A stretch of 64,000 nt of DNA, taken from Lytechinus pictus. Taxonomy: Eukaryota. The stretch covers positions 18,044,001 through 18,108,000 of the forward strand of contig NC_087251.1 in assembly GCF_037042905.1 (NCBI RefSeq). The letters run 5' to 3'. The notes under the pieces were generated by a model. It was not told the DNA's origin and searched no databases. It saw only the letters and a list, made by a program, of their open reading frames with translations. Of this stretch, positions 26,701 to 37,257 are shown piece by piece (within the stretch, counting starts at the first letter, position 1; each line of letters opens with the position of its first letter). Made by a program: the position numbers and the translations under genes.

Positions 26701-28624
26701 ATAATTGAACTCGTATTTGTTGTTTTCAGACCCCTATTAACAGTTGGATGAATTATATCTCTAATTTATGCATATAATTTGTCCAATATCGTATTTTCGG
26801 TATCAATGATTAAAAATGTTCCGTTAAACTATATTTTGATGACGTTTGGAATCGTAAAAGTCCGTATAGTTATCGTCATTTACAAAGAAAACCGTTATGG
26901 TTTACTTTCGTAAACTATTAAAATTGGGTCTCCCGGGGGTACCCATCTCAACGTCCACAAGCGATTTTTTAGTCATGAAATGAATTATTCATAATTTAAT
27001 TTTCTCTGCAATTGAATGCTCCAGTCTTCATGGTCTAAGTATGTATGATGCATAATTAACCTGTGCTATTATTTTGAAAAGATTTATTTCCCAATTTATC
27101 ATAATATTTGCAATTTTGTCATAATTTTTCTTTTTGAAAATTATGCTATTTTGATAGTATCGATATCAAGGTATTCTAGTTAGGAAGCCTTTCGAGAAAC
27201 AGGTTTAGTAAGATTGGAACTAACTCTGTGGTTGGTGGATAAAGATATGACTAACTTGTCCATGTGTTGAGAAACGGGCCCCAGCTAGCTAGTATGCAGT
27301 GGCTTCATGCAAAGCTCACGCCAGCCGGCCGGCGCGGCTGGCTGGATAATAGCTATACTGTATGCTATAGCTGTAGGCCTAATATGCAAACTTTGTGTGT
27401 AGATCAACAAAAAGGGCGCATGACGAACTGGCTTGCAATTTGAGCTGTAGAAAGTTGATAAATGCGTGCAAAATTGGGAGAAAAATTGCGCTACTTTGAA
27501 AATTATTGGTTGCCCGATTCGGGCCACCAAAACTTAACATTTTATCAATAATGGTTGCCCGAGGTGAATTTTTGGTGGCCCCGGGCCACCGCTAATGTCG
27601 AGCCTTGTGTTAAGTAATTAAAAAAGAAAGGAAAGAAAATAGAAAGAAAGAACTTCAAAGAAGGAAGATATACATGTATACTAGATCTTTAAAAAAAAGG
27701 AAAGAATTAAATAAATAAACAAAAAGATGGACAGACAGATAGATGATAGAGAAGAAAGAAAGATAGAAAGAAATAGAAAGAAAAGAAACAAATAGATCTA
27801 AAAATAAGGGGGGGGAAGGTTCCAAGAAAAAAGGACAGAAAAGAAATTTAAGAAAAAGGGAGGAAAAAAAACCCAAGAAAAAAGGGAAAAGAGAATTTAA
27901 TATCATTATCATTTGATCTGTTTAGAAATATTTTCCATGAATGTAGGCCTACTTTTTCTTCCTTCCTTTCTTCCTCCTTCATACAACATAGATTTACATC
28001 CTTTCCTTTCGTTCTTATCAGATTCAGAGTTATCCCTCTTTCTTTCTGTTTCTTCTTTTACTTTCTTTAATTCTTCTTTTCTTTCTTTCTTCCTTCCTTG
28101 CTTCAATTCAGTTTATGACCGTAACTCACAGCACCGTCTTTAATTATAATTCAAATCTAGATAAGTAGCGGATCTGGGTAGGGGCACATCCAAACCGCCC
28201 CCCCTCCTTATTTTGAGAACCATAAAATACATATTTGTTTGTGGAGAACATTGGCATTGCATGATTGTGCATAATTAACAGGCAAGTGAAGATTTTTTTT
28301 TTTTTTGGGGGGGGGGCTTGTCAAAATTTTCTGGCGACAGCCATGACCATCGGGAATGAAGACTTCGATTTGCCTCGTTCATTGAATGAGTGGGTGCAAC
28401 AAGCCCCACGATTCAATTCTGATTCAGTTCAAGTTAACGACACCGTTGTGACGGTTGTCGTTTTATACTCGTTAGCTTGTTATCTTGATTAAACAGCACG
28501 TGAAAATATACGAATGGGACCGATTCAAACCAGGTTAAGAAAGTATCTACTCACCGACTCCAAATTCGCCGATTACAAGTACTTTATAAAGATGTTCTAC
28601 CACTGTTCTTTCGGCGGACGACAT
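11792..28624 (-). CDS. RAB32: Rab32/Rab38-family small GTPase, 10 coding exons, 230 aa (possibly the invertebrate Rab32LO paralog)
   Basis: GT-AG exons read by hand with consistent phases: 28624-28555, 22575-22571, 22269-22242, 21233-21137, 20711-20655, 19807-19775, 18506-18479, 17206-17132, 16745-16637, 11982-11792 (693 nt including TAG). Protein: MSSAERTVVEHLYKVLVIGEFGVGKTSLIRRYTEGYFSPNYKLTIGVDFALKSLDWDENTKVNLQLWDIAGHERFGHMTRVYYKYAIAAVIVFDLSRPATFDSVLKWSTDVHEKVMLANEQPVPILLLANKCDLPD...GWFGTSAKDDTNVGDAMSYLVETIL...AKCCPI. All G boxes are present, with Rab32/38-type IGVDFALK and WDIAG motifs and a C-terminal CCxx prenylation motif. Exact paralog is uncertain. Confidence 0.93.
12652..13070. mobile_element. 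MITE in the last Rab intron
   Basis: CATAAGATTCGGGTGAATTTCTAT vs ATAGAAATTTACCCGAAACTTATG, plus an inner inverted block AAAGAACAAAGCTACCAAGAA / TTCTTGGTAGCTTTGTTCTTT. Confidence 0.65.
13178..13326. mobile_element. ~150-bp MITE with TA TSD, copy 1
   Basis: TA|CCTCAGTCACA ... TGTGACTGAGG|TA. Confidence 0.75.
14235..14867. mobile_element. Tc1/mariner-like MITE
   Basis: TA|CAGTGTGAGTAAAAAAAACCTTGACACCT ... AGGTGTCAAGCTTTTTTTACTCACAC; long imperfect inverted arms. Confidence 0.7.
15229..15617 (+). repeat. Direct tandem duplication of ~195 bp in a Rab intron
   Basis: GTGGACTTC(A/G)AATTATGAATACATAAA...GAGTGCAAATAAAGAAAATAAAAAG occurs at ~15229-15418 and ~15424-15616. Confidence 0.85.
16943..17045 (+). 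mobile_element. Degenerate tRNA-derived SINE fragment
   Basis: Pol III B box GGGTTCGAATCC followed by a TGCACTCAAC..GTGTAGTGAATGGATACCTGGCAGG SINE-core-like segment. Confidence 0.45.
19641..19758. mobile_element. Short palindromic MITE next to Rab exon 6
   Basis: GTTTCATAAAGCTGTTTGTAAGTTAAGA ... TCTTAACTTACTAACAGCTTTATGAAAC. Confidence 0.65.
22571..22575 (-). CDS. RAB32: 5-nt microexon (GAAAG) of the Rab gene encoding the G-K of the P-loop
   Basis: Minus strand reads TGATCACAG|GAAAG|GTAAAT. Exon 1 ends GTC G (phase 1) and exon 3 starts ACA TCA CTC (phase 0); these 5 nt restore both the frame and GEFGVGKTS. Confidence 0.88.
23086..24365. mobile_element. Two tandem copies of the TTAA/AGG MITE sharing one TTAA (23774-23777); the first is truncated and interrupted
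   Basis: ...GACCT|TTAA|AGGCCAAGTCCACCCC ... GACCT|TTAA; full copy at 23778-24365. Confidence 0.8.
23105..23325. mobile_element. PIF/Harbinger-like MITE with CTG TSD nested in a TTAA-MITE
   Basis: CTG|GGGGGTGTTTCACAAAGATTTAAGTATGACTTA ... TAAGTCATACTTAAATCTTTGTAAAACACCCCC|CTG. The empty site GCACATCCTGGTCGG is visible in copy 1 at ~3232-3247. Confidence 0.85.
24751..27607. mobile_element. hAT-like non-autonomous element in Rab intron 1
   Basis: TIR CAAGGCTCCACATTA / TAATGTCGAGCCTTG, flanked by duplicated TGTTAAG (7-bp exact match; hAT typically gives 8). Repeated subterminal GGTGGCCCG motifs at both ends. Confidence 0.75.
26291..27281. mobile_element. Harbinger-like element with CAG TSD nested in the hAT-like element
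   Basis: CAG|GGGCCCGTTTCTCAACAC ... GTGTTGAGAAACGGGCCC|CAG. Confidence 0.85.
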
Positions 28625-29370
28625 ATTTGTCACTCAAATTTCAAATTATCGCAAAATGCTTAAATCGTCATTCGTGGGCTTGACAAAATAGGAAATAAAA
28701 ATCACTCATCCCGACTTACGAATTGTGAGCATCATATCGGTAGGCACTTATGATCCAAGTTTGAAAGGAGACTCGTAAAATGACGTCAGTCTCGCCGATG
28801 AATATTCATTAGATCGTGGTCGTGCGTGTTCAATACACACTGCGTGCAGGCATGCAGATAGTTATATGCGAGGAACTTTGGCTCCAGAGACAAGTTGTCA
28901 AATAACGTGTGTGTGTGTGCGTGTGTGTACCATCGGCTGGTAGTATGCCATGCTGTCTAAGACTTCAAACGCGTCGGAGAGAGTGCATGGCAATTCGGTA
29001 AAACGAAGTTTCCCATATAAAGAGATAATAAAATAACACTATGTACAGTACGCCCGGGGGGGCCACTTACATTGACGAGTGGATACCATGCGCGACCAAA
29101 AAAACACGTAAAAAGGATGTCTTTTTCAAGAGAGGGCACGTACGTAACGTGATAAGGGTGTCAAAAACACAAAAATATTGAAAAAAGGGTATCTATTTCC
29201 AGTACGTTGAGAGGCAAATGTCAGATCATGGGAGGCAGGAGTACAATCAGGTTTTTTGAAAGGGAAGAATAGTGTAGAATAAAAGGTATTATATATAGCC
29301 AAATGATCTAGGTGAGGGAAGTGAACAATGATGTTTTTTAAAAAAAAGAATGAATATACCTTACCTGAAT

Positions 29371-30683
29371 ATTATGGTGAAGCCAATTTAAAAGGAGGTG
29401 AGACAAGTTTCAATGGAGGTTTTAAAAAAGAATAAACTGTATTATGGTGAAGCCAATTTAAAAGGAGGTGAGGCAAGTTTTAATGGAGGTTTTTAAAAAG
29501 AATAAACTGTATTATGGTGAAGCCAATTTAAAAGGAGGTGAGGCAAGTTTCAATGGAGGTTTTTTAAAAGAATAAACTGTACTACAAATTATGGTGAAGC
29601 CAATTTAAAAGGAGGTGAGGCAAGTTTCAATTGAGGTTTTTAAAAAGAATAAACTGTTCTACAAATTTAAAAGGAGGCGAGGCAAGTTTCAATGGAGGTT
29701 TTTAAAAAAAGAATAAACTGTACTACAAACTATGGTGAAGCCAATTCAAAAGGAGGTGAGGCAAGTTTCAATGGAGGTTTTAAAAAAAGAATAAACTGTA
29801 CTACAAATTATGGTGAAGCCAATTTAAAAGGAGGTGAGGCAAGTTTCAATTGAGGTTTTTACAAATTATGGTGAAGCCAATTCAAAAGGAGGTGAGGCTA
29901 GTTTCAATGGAGGTTTAAAAAAATAAACTGTATATGGTGAAGCCAATTTAAAAGGAGGTGAGGCAAGTTTCAATTGTCGAGGTTTTTTTAAAGAATAAAC
30001 TGTACTACAAATTTGAAAGGAGGTGAGGCAAGTTTCAATGGAGGTTTTTAAAAAGAATAAACTGTATTACAAGTTATGGTGAAGCCAATTTAAAAGGAGG
30101 TGAGGCAAGCCTCAATGGAGGTTTTAAAAAAGAATAAACTGTATTATGGTGAAGCCAATTTAAAAGGAGGTGAGGCAAGTTTTAATGGAGGTTTTAAAAA
30201 AGAATAAACTGTATTATGGTGAAGCCAATTTAAAAGGAGGTGAGGCAAGTTTTAATGGAGGTTTTTAAAAAGAATAAACTGTATTATGGTGAAGCCAATT
30301 TAAAAGGAGGTGAGGCAAGTTTCAATGGAGGTTTTTAAAAAGAATAAACTGTACTACAAATTATGGTGAAGCCAATTTAAAAGGAGGTGAGGCAAGTTTC
30401 AATTGAAGTTTTTAAAAAGAATAAACTGTACTACAAATTTAAAAGGAGGCGAGGCAAGTTTCAATGGAGGTTTTTAAAAAAGAATAAACTGTACTATAAA
30501 TTATGGTGAAGCCAATTCAAAAGGAGGTGAGGCAAGTTTCAATGGAGGTTTTAAAAAAAGAATAAACTGTACTACAAATTATGGTGAAGCCAATTTAAAA
30601 GGAGGTGAGGCAAGTTTCAATGGAGGTTTTAAAAAAAGAATAAACTGTACTACAAATTATGGTGAAGCCAATTTAAAAGGAGG
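29371..30683 (+). repeat. Tandem ~70-bp modular satellite in the left foldback arm (~18 units)
   Basis: Unit TTATGGTGAAGCCAATTTAAAAGGAGGTGAGGCAAGTTTCAATGGAGGTTTTTAAAAAGAATAAACTGTA. Variants add CTACAAA or lack the TATGGTGAAGCCAA module. Confidence 0.95.
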
Positions 30684-30699
30684 TTTTTAGGGCTGTTCA

Positions 30700-31433
30700 G
30701 TGGCCAGGGGGGGGGGGGTTGATTCCACCCCCCCCCCCCCAAGACCTCGGTCGCCGATGGCGCGAGTGCTGCAAAAATTTGCACGCTGGTAGTGTGCGAT
30801 GTGATCTACAAGGCTGTATGACAAAATTTTCAAAAATAATGAGATTTTATTTGATATGAGTTAATTATGCTAATTTATGCATAAATCATACTTTTTGTTC
30901 TAATTCACTAAATAAAGCTCCTAGAATGCAAATTTTTTGTAAAATTATTCTTTGTAGCATTCTTAACAATCTCAATTGAAAAAAAATTGTTTTGGAAATC
31001 AATTTCTTATGTATTTCATTGTTTTATAAATTTCTTATGAATTTCTTTGTTTTTCAACCTTTTTTTTTTTTTTTTTTTTTTTTACCAGATTTATTGCACA
31101 ACCTTTTTGAAGCATAATTATGCTAAAATCAATTGATTTCAGCTGTTTAAAGTAAAAATAATCATATCTTTATGACTAAGATGAGAAAACTCAATTCGCA
31201 TTGACTTTGTATATAAAATCACGTTTAGGAACAATTTTTGGTCAGATATGCACTTACAAAATGTTGCGTAATTTCAGAACCGTGTACATGGGGTCGTAAA
31301 TTTGGTCTCAAAAGATGCGCAAGACTTTTTTTTGCAAGTGGTGCAGTAAAAAAAATTTGCGCGGCGGAATGATCGCAGAAAATGTAGAGGGGGGAGTTGA
31401 TTCAACCCCCCCCCCCGGCCTGTTTAGGGTTAA
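30700..31433. mobile_element. piggyBac-like MITE nested in the foldback element (left end damaged)
   Basis: Right end ...GTTTAGGG|TTAA; polyG-TTGATTC(C/A)A-polyC hairpin motif near both ends. Confidence 0.5.
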
Positions 31434-32778
31434 GAATAGTTGGTCTAATCAACTTTAGACTTGGTCTAAGTGTGTATAATTGAGTAGAGACGATCTGATC
31501 AGATTTTGGGGTTAAAAGTCAATGACTCATCAAATACATAATATATCCTGTTCTTGCCGTAACTCAGTAAAGAATCATGGATGGGATCAACTTCATATTC
31601 AAAGTTTAGCTAAGGATCTGATTATATTGCAAGATTACAGATATGCAGTCGTTATATAAATTCAAATAGTTCATTTTCATATTAACTGTACAGTTGTCAA
31701 TAGGGTGAAATTCAAGCTTGGTTCCTGAATGCACATTTAAGGCAGATAATCTCAGTAAATAGTAGTAGTTCAAGTTCATAGGTCACAGACATCAATATGC
31801 ATGTATACCCAAAATATCTCCTATTCCCAAGTCTTATAGAATCATTTGAGGGTTCTACTTCCAATATGGCTTATCTGTGCATATGACTGGTGAAATGTTA
31901 GCCCATGAGGTCAAAGTGCATGGTATAACAGTATGTCCTCAAAAAGCGTATTCTTTCTTCCAAGTGATATTTGTGACTACAGATGTTTTGCATATGTAAT
32001 GAGCTTGATGAAGACCAAAACACAAGCCACGAGAGGATTAGGATGAATCTGCACTCTGACTGATAACTTTTTAATCTCCTGAATTCTTTGAAAGGATCAA
32101 TTTGAAAATTACCTCTTGTGTGAGTGAAGATTTTTAGTCAAATTTCTATTGTCAGCAAGGTCATGTTAAAAATGTAAATATATAATATATTCTTGGTCTA
32201 GCAAAGGCAGTGCCATAAATTTTGACTGCATGTAGTTGAGAATCCATCTAGTTAGTCATAAAACATCAACGGCTAATTGTATCCATTCAACTTAGGGTTT
32301 CTTATTCCTACGATACTTGCTAATGTTAAATCATGGAGAATCACCTGTGTAAATAATGATACATTGTTTGTTAGCATTAATCGGCATTGAGGCTGATAAA
32401 TTTCTTTGATAACTATTTGATGCAAGATTATATGACCTTTGTGTTTTATTCAGTATTTTTAGACTGTCTCATATCATTTTGAACATAATTTGCGACCATT
32501 TTTGCTGCCCACTCAACAGTCTTTGTAGATGTTTGTGCAAAAACTTGATTAGAATGCATGCCGTTATCACACAGTACTTGCTAACTTTTATTATCTTTTA
32601 TCATGATCCTAGGCCTGCCAGTACTGAAAATAAACGTATTTTAAACTGTATTATAGCGTATATTTTTATTTACTCAAGCTGCAGTTGCTTTCCATGATCA
32701 TGAATTGGTTTTATAATACTTGCTGTTAACTAATGTAATTGTCACTTGTTTTTTCTAACAGCGAGAATATATTGCTAT

Positions 32779-33221
32779 ATGTGTCCAGCCACCCCAATAC
32801 CAACAATAAATACATTGATTTAAAGATTCTCATTGATCTTGAGCGATCACATCCTAAGCTGTAAAATGATTTATCTTGTTAATATTGATCAATAATATCC
32901 CTCGCTAGTACTTCATTGAATGCAGAAGAAGTTTGGTGAGAGCTTCAACAAATAAGAGAACAAGATTTGGGGTTCACTTAAGCATGCGATGTGTAATATG
33001 TAGTTCAACTACTTAGCAGTGAGCAAAACACGGATATCAAAGTCTTGTATTTTGTCTTCAACTTTTACAACCTCACATTTTGACAGTATGAAGAAATTTC
33101 TTTTTTTTTTCGGATAAACCAATATTCTAAATATGCGTTTGGAAAACTGAATTACTATTTTGGTTATTTTCTACGAACCTTCCCTGGCAACTTATTGTTG
33201 ATATTTGGGTGGCTGGCCACA
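32779..33221. mobile_element. MITE inside the foldback spacer
   Basis: ATGTGTCCAGCCACCCCAATACCAACAATAA ... TTATTGTTGATATTTGGGTGGCTGGCCACAT imperfect inverted termini. Confidence 0.6.
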
Positions 33222-35219
33222 TTTGTTTTGAGAAAAAATATCAAAGAGTATATGAAAAAAATATTTATGTAAAAAAGCTTGCCTAGCTGTTGGTATTTTC
33301 TTCTATTGTACTTTGTCATGTAACTCTGGTAGATTTCATTTCGTTACACAAAATGGGGTTCAGTATTCAGAAAAACCATTAACCTTGCCTCAACCACAAC
33401 AGTACTTGCCAAACTGGATAAATCAACATTATATCAAGCTGTGTAGAAGAACTTAATGATCATGTAGATACCATTAAGTGCATACATATGTAATGTCTTT
33501 CAAGCTGTATGACAAAAATATTCTTTTCCATCCAACATCAGCTTCTACTATTTTTTAAGGTTAGTTTTTATTGTCATGTTGGCAAATTGTGAAATAGTTC
33601 ATGTTGAAATATGTTGTATTACCTGTCATGCATTTGTAATGTTATTTTTTTAGAATATATTCTGTCATCATTTTCAGTACATAAAAGTTTATTCAATGTA
33701 TGCCTTTACCAAAGTTGGCCATAAGCACAGTGGGTACCAACTATCACTGAAGACAACACAACAATTACTCAAAATATATGCATAGCCTTATGAATGTACA
33801 AGTCAATAAAATCTACTATGACTACATAGCTTTTTTTTGTGCAACACAGTCATATTTCATTTGGATCAATTCAAAATTGAGTGGTGTTTTGGGGGTAATG
33901 CTATGGTAACTGCAGTTCTGTTGTCCTCTGACAGTTGGTGTTGTAAGGATGTGATTGGCAGTGTGTGGACGTCATGTTATAAGAGAAAAAAGAAAGTTAA
34001 AGTGAGAGTGTTGGCTTTGAAATGGACTCAACCTATGAAAATTAAAGTTTGTGCTGCAGAAACTGGTGTGGTAGTGGGATGATAATGATGATGAGGAACA
34101 GGGCCGGTATTCAATGCTACTCTTAAAGCCACAATTTCAAGTATATTTTACTCAGTATTTTGCAAAAGTAAAATACTTATCCATCTTTGGTATTCAATTG
34201 CATTTTTTTTTGGCTAAATATTTTGCTTAAATGTAAGTCAGCCATCTACTAGACTTAAGTCTACATATACAAAAATGATACGCACAGAAATACATTCACA
34301 CATTTGGCACTATTTGGCTCAAAATTTATAACATCACAATGGGTATTAGTATTTAGTTCAATTTGGATAAGGTAAATTCTGAGATCTGATCTGCATACAA
34401 GTTTAAGCATTTTGATAAGCCAGCCAAATTGCTAAGTAAAATACTTACAAAATCAAAACTTAGAATTTAATAGGCGGCCGAGGTATTATTTTCTTCCAGA
34501 GGACATGTACAGATTTCTTGTTGACAAAGGATGACATGATGATTATTTTGCAAATATGGCTTATTAAAAAATATATTATGTATATTCCATTTCAGTGACA
34601 ATTGCATTTTTGGGGAGGGGATATTACGTATTTGGGAATGGAAAAGTTCAAAATTAATGCAAACTTAACCTATTTACGCAGGGGGGGGGGGGGGGGGCTC
34701 TGAGCTCTGCGATTTAAAAAAAAAAGTCTTTTGCATGTTTTGAGACCAGTTTTGCGAAGCCCGGGTACTGGGTTCTGAAAATTACCAAACAATTTGTAAG
34801 TGCATATCAGACAAAAATGGCTCAAAATTGTGATATTTGTGTACCACGTCAATGGAATATGCGTTTTCAACCAAAATTCATGAATGCCTAATTGTTTTTA
34901 GTTTTGTTGAACTAAACTGATTTATGTTATGCTGTTACGAGAGTCCGAGCATCGTTGAAAAAAAACAATGCAATACAAAGGTAAAAACACAAGAAATACA
35001 TTATCGAAGAACACCACAAAGAGTTTCTAAACCAAAAATTAGAACATTTGGAGCTTTATTTAGGGAGTTAGAGGAATAGGTATAGTATACTAATTATGCA
35101 CAAATGAGCATAATCAATTAATAGCAATTTGCATGAAATAAATAACTACACAATTTTGTGGATTATTAAAAGCAATTGCGATCTTTTTCTTCACTATTCA
35201 TTGTTTTTAGAAACCTCAT

Positions 35220-37257
35220 TGTAGACTTGCCTCATGCACCTCTCAAGATGGCTTCATCATTTGAATTATATTCTACACTTATCATTCTTTAAAAAAAATC
35301 ATTGTAGACATGCCTCACCTCCTCTCAAATTGCCTTCACCATAACTTGTAATACAGTTTATTCTTTTTAAAAACCTCCATTAACTAATTGCCTCACCTCC
35401 TTTTAAATTGGCTTCACCATAATTTGTAATACAGTTTATTCTTTTTAAAAACCTCTATTGAAACTTGCGTCGCCTCCTTTTAAATTTGTAGTACAGTTTA
35501 TTCTTTTTTAAAAACCTCCATTGAAACTTGCCTCACCTCCTTTTAAATTGGCTTCACCATATACAGTTTATTATTTTTAAAAACCTCCATTGAAATTTGC
35601 CTCACCTCCTTTTAAATTGGCTTCACCATACAGTTTATTCTTTTTAAAAACCTCCATTGAAACTTGCCTCACCTCCTTTTAAATTGGCTTCACCATAATT
35701 TGTAGTACAGTTTATTCTTTTTAAAAACCTCTATTGAAACTTGCGTCGCCTCCTTTTAAATTTGTAGTACAGTTTATTCTTTTTTAAAAACCTCCATTGA
35801 AACTTGCCTCACCTCCTTTTAAACTGGCTTCACCATAATACAGTTTATTCTTTTTAAAAACCTCCATTAAAACTTGCCTCACCTCCTTTTAAATTGGCTT
35901 CACCATAATACAGTTTATTCTTTTTAAAAACCTCCATTGAAACTTGCCTCACCTCCTTTTAAATTGGCTTCACCATATACAGTTTATTCTTTTTAAAAAC
36001 CTCCATTGAAACTTGCCTCACCTCCTTTTAAATTGGCTTCACCATAATACAGTTTATTCTTTTTAAAAACCTCCATTGAAACTTGCCTCACCTCCTTTTA
36101 AACTGGCTTCACCATAATACAGTTTATTCTTTTTAAAAACCTCCATTGAAACTTGCCTCACCTCCTTTTAAATTGGCTTCACCATAATTTGTAGTACAGT
36201 TTATTCTTTTTAAAAACCTCTATTGAAACTTGCGTCGCCTCCTTTTAAATTTGTAGTACAGTTTATTCTTTTTTAAAAACCTCCATTGAAACTTGCCTCA
36301 CCTCCTTTTAAACTGGCTTCACCATAATACAGTTTATTCTTTTTAAAAACCTCCATTAAAACTTGCCTCACCTCCTTTTAAATTGGCTTCACCATAATAC
36401 AGTTTATTCTTTTTAAAAACCTCCATTGAAACTTGCCTCACCTCCTTTTAAATTGGCTTCACCATATTATACAGTTTATTCTTTTTAAAAACCTCCATTG
36501 AAACTTGCCTCACCTCCTTTTAAATTGGCTTCACCATAATACAGTTTATTCTTTTTAAAAACCTCCATTGAAACTTGCCTCACCTCCTTTTAAATTATTG
36601 GCTTCACCATAATTCTTAGTACAGTTTATTCTTTTTAAAAACCTCCATTAAAACTTGCCTCACCTCCTTTTAAATTGGCTTCACCATAATTTGTAGTACA
36701 GTTTATTCTTTTTTAAAAACCTCTATTGAAACTTGCGTCGCCTCCTTTTAAATTTGTAGTACAGTTTATTCTTTTTAAAAACCTCTATTGAAACTTGCGT
36801 CGCCTCCTTTTAAATTTGTAGTACAGTTTATTCTTTTTTTAAAAACCTCCATTGAAACTTGCCTCACCTCCTTTTAAATTGGCTTCACCATAATTCTTAG
36901 TACAGTTTATTCTTTTTAAAAACCTCCATTGAAACTTGCCTCACCTCCTTTTGAATTGGCTTCACCATAATTTATAGTACAGTTCATTCTTTTTTAAAAA
37001 CCTCCATTGAAACTTGTCTCACCTCCTTTTAAATTGGCTTCACCATATACAGTTTATTCTTTTTAAAAACCTCCATTGAAACTTGCCTCACCTCCTTTTA
37101 AATTGGCTTCACCATATACAGTTTATTCTTTTTAAAAACCTCCATTGAAACTTGCCTCACATCCTTTTAAATTGGCTTCACCATAATACAGTTTATTCTT
37201 TTTAAAAACCTCCATTAAAACTTGCCTCACCTCCTTTTAAATTGGCTTCACCATAAT
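35220..37257 (-). repeat. Same ~70-bp satellite, inverted, in the right foldback arm (~28 units, degenerating inward)
   Basis: Repeated AACTTGCCTCACCTCCTTTTAAATTGGCTTCACCATA..CAGTTTATTC, the reverse complement of the left array. Confidence 0.95.

Noticed and set aside
28957..29139. ORF mirrored at 37462-37683 as a possible transposase or gene pair
   Set aside because: It is short and has no recognisable domain; the duplication simply reflects the inverted arms.
31434..35220. Transposase or captured gene in the foldback spacer
   Set aside because: Only short ORFs with no DDE, zinc-finger or other recognisable motif; a TBLASTN/HMM search could still reveal decayed remnants.
29371..37257. Regular repeat arrays superficially resembling CRISPR
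   Set aside because: There are no unique spacers and no cas genes, the context is eukaryotic, and the units are contiguous tandem satellite within inverted TE arms.
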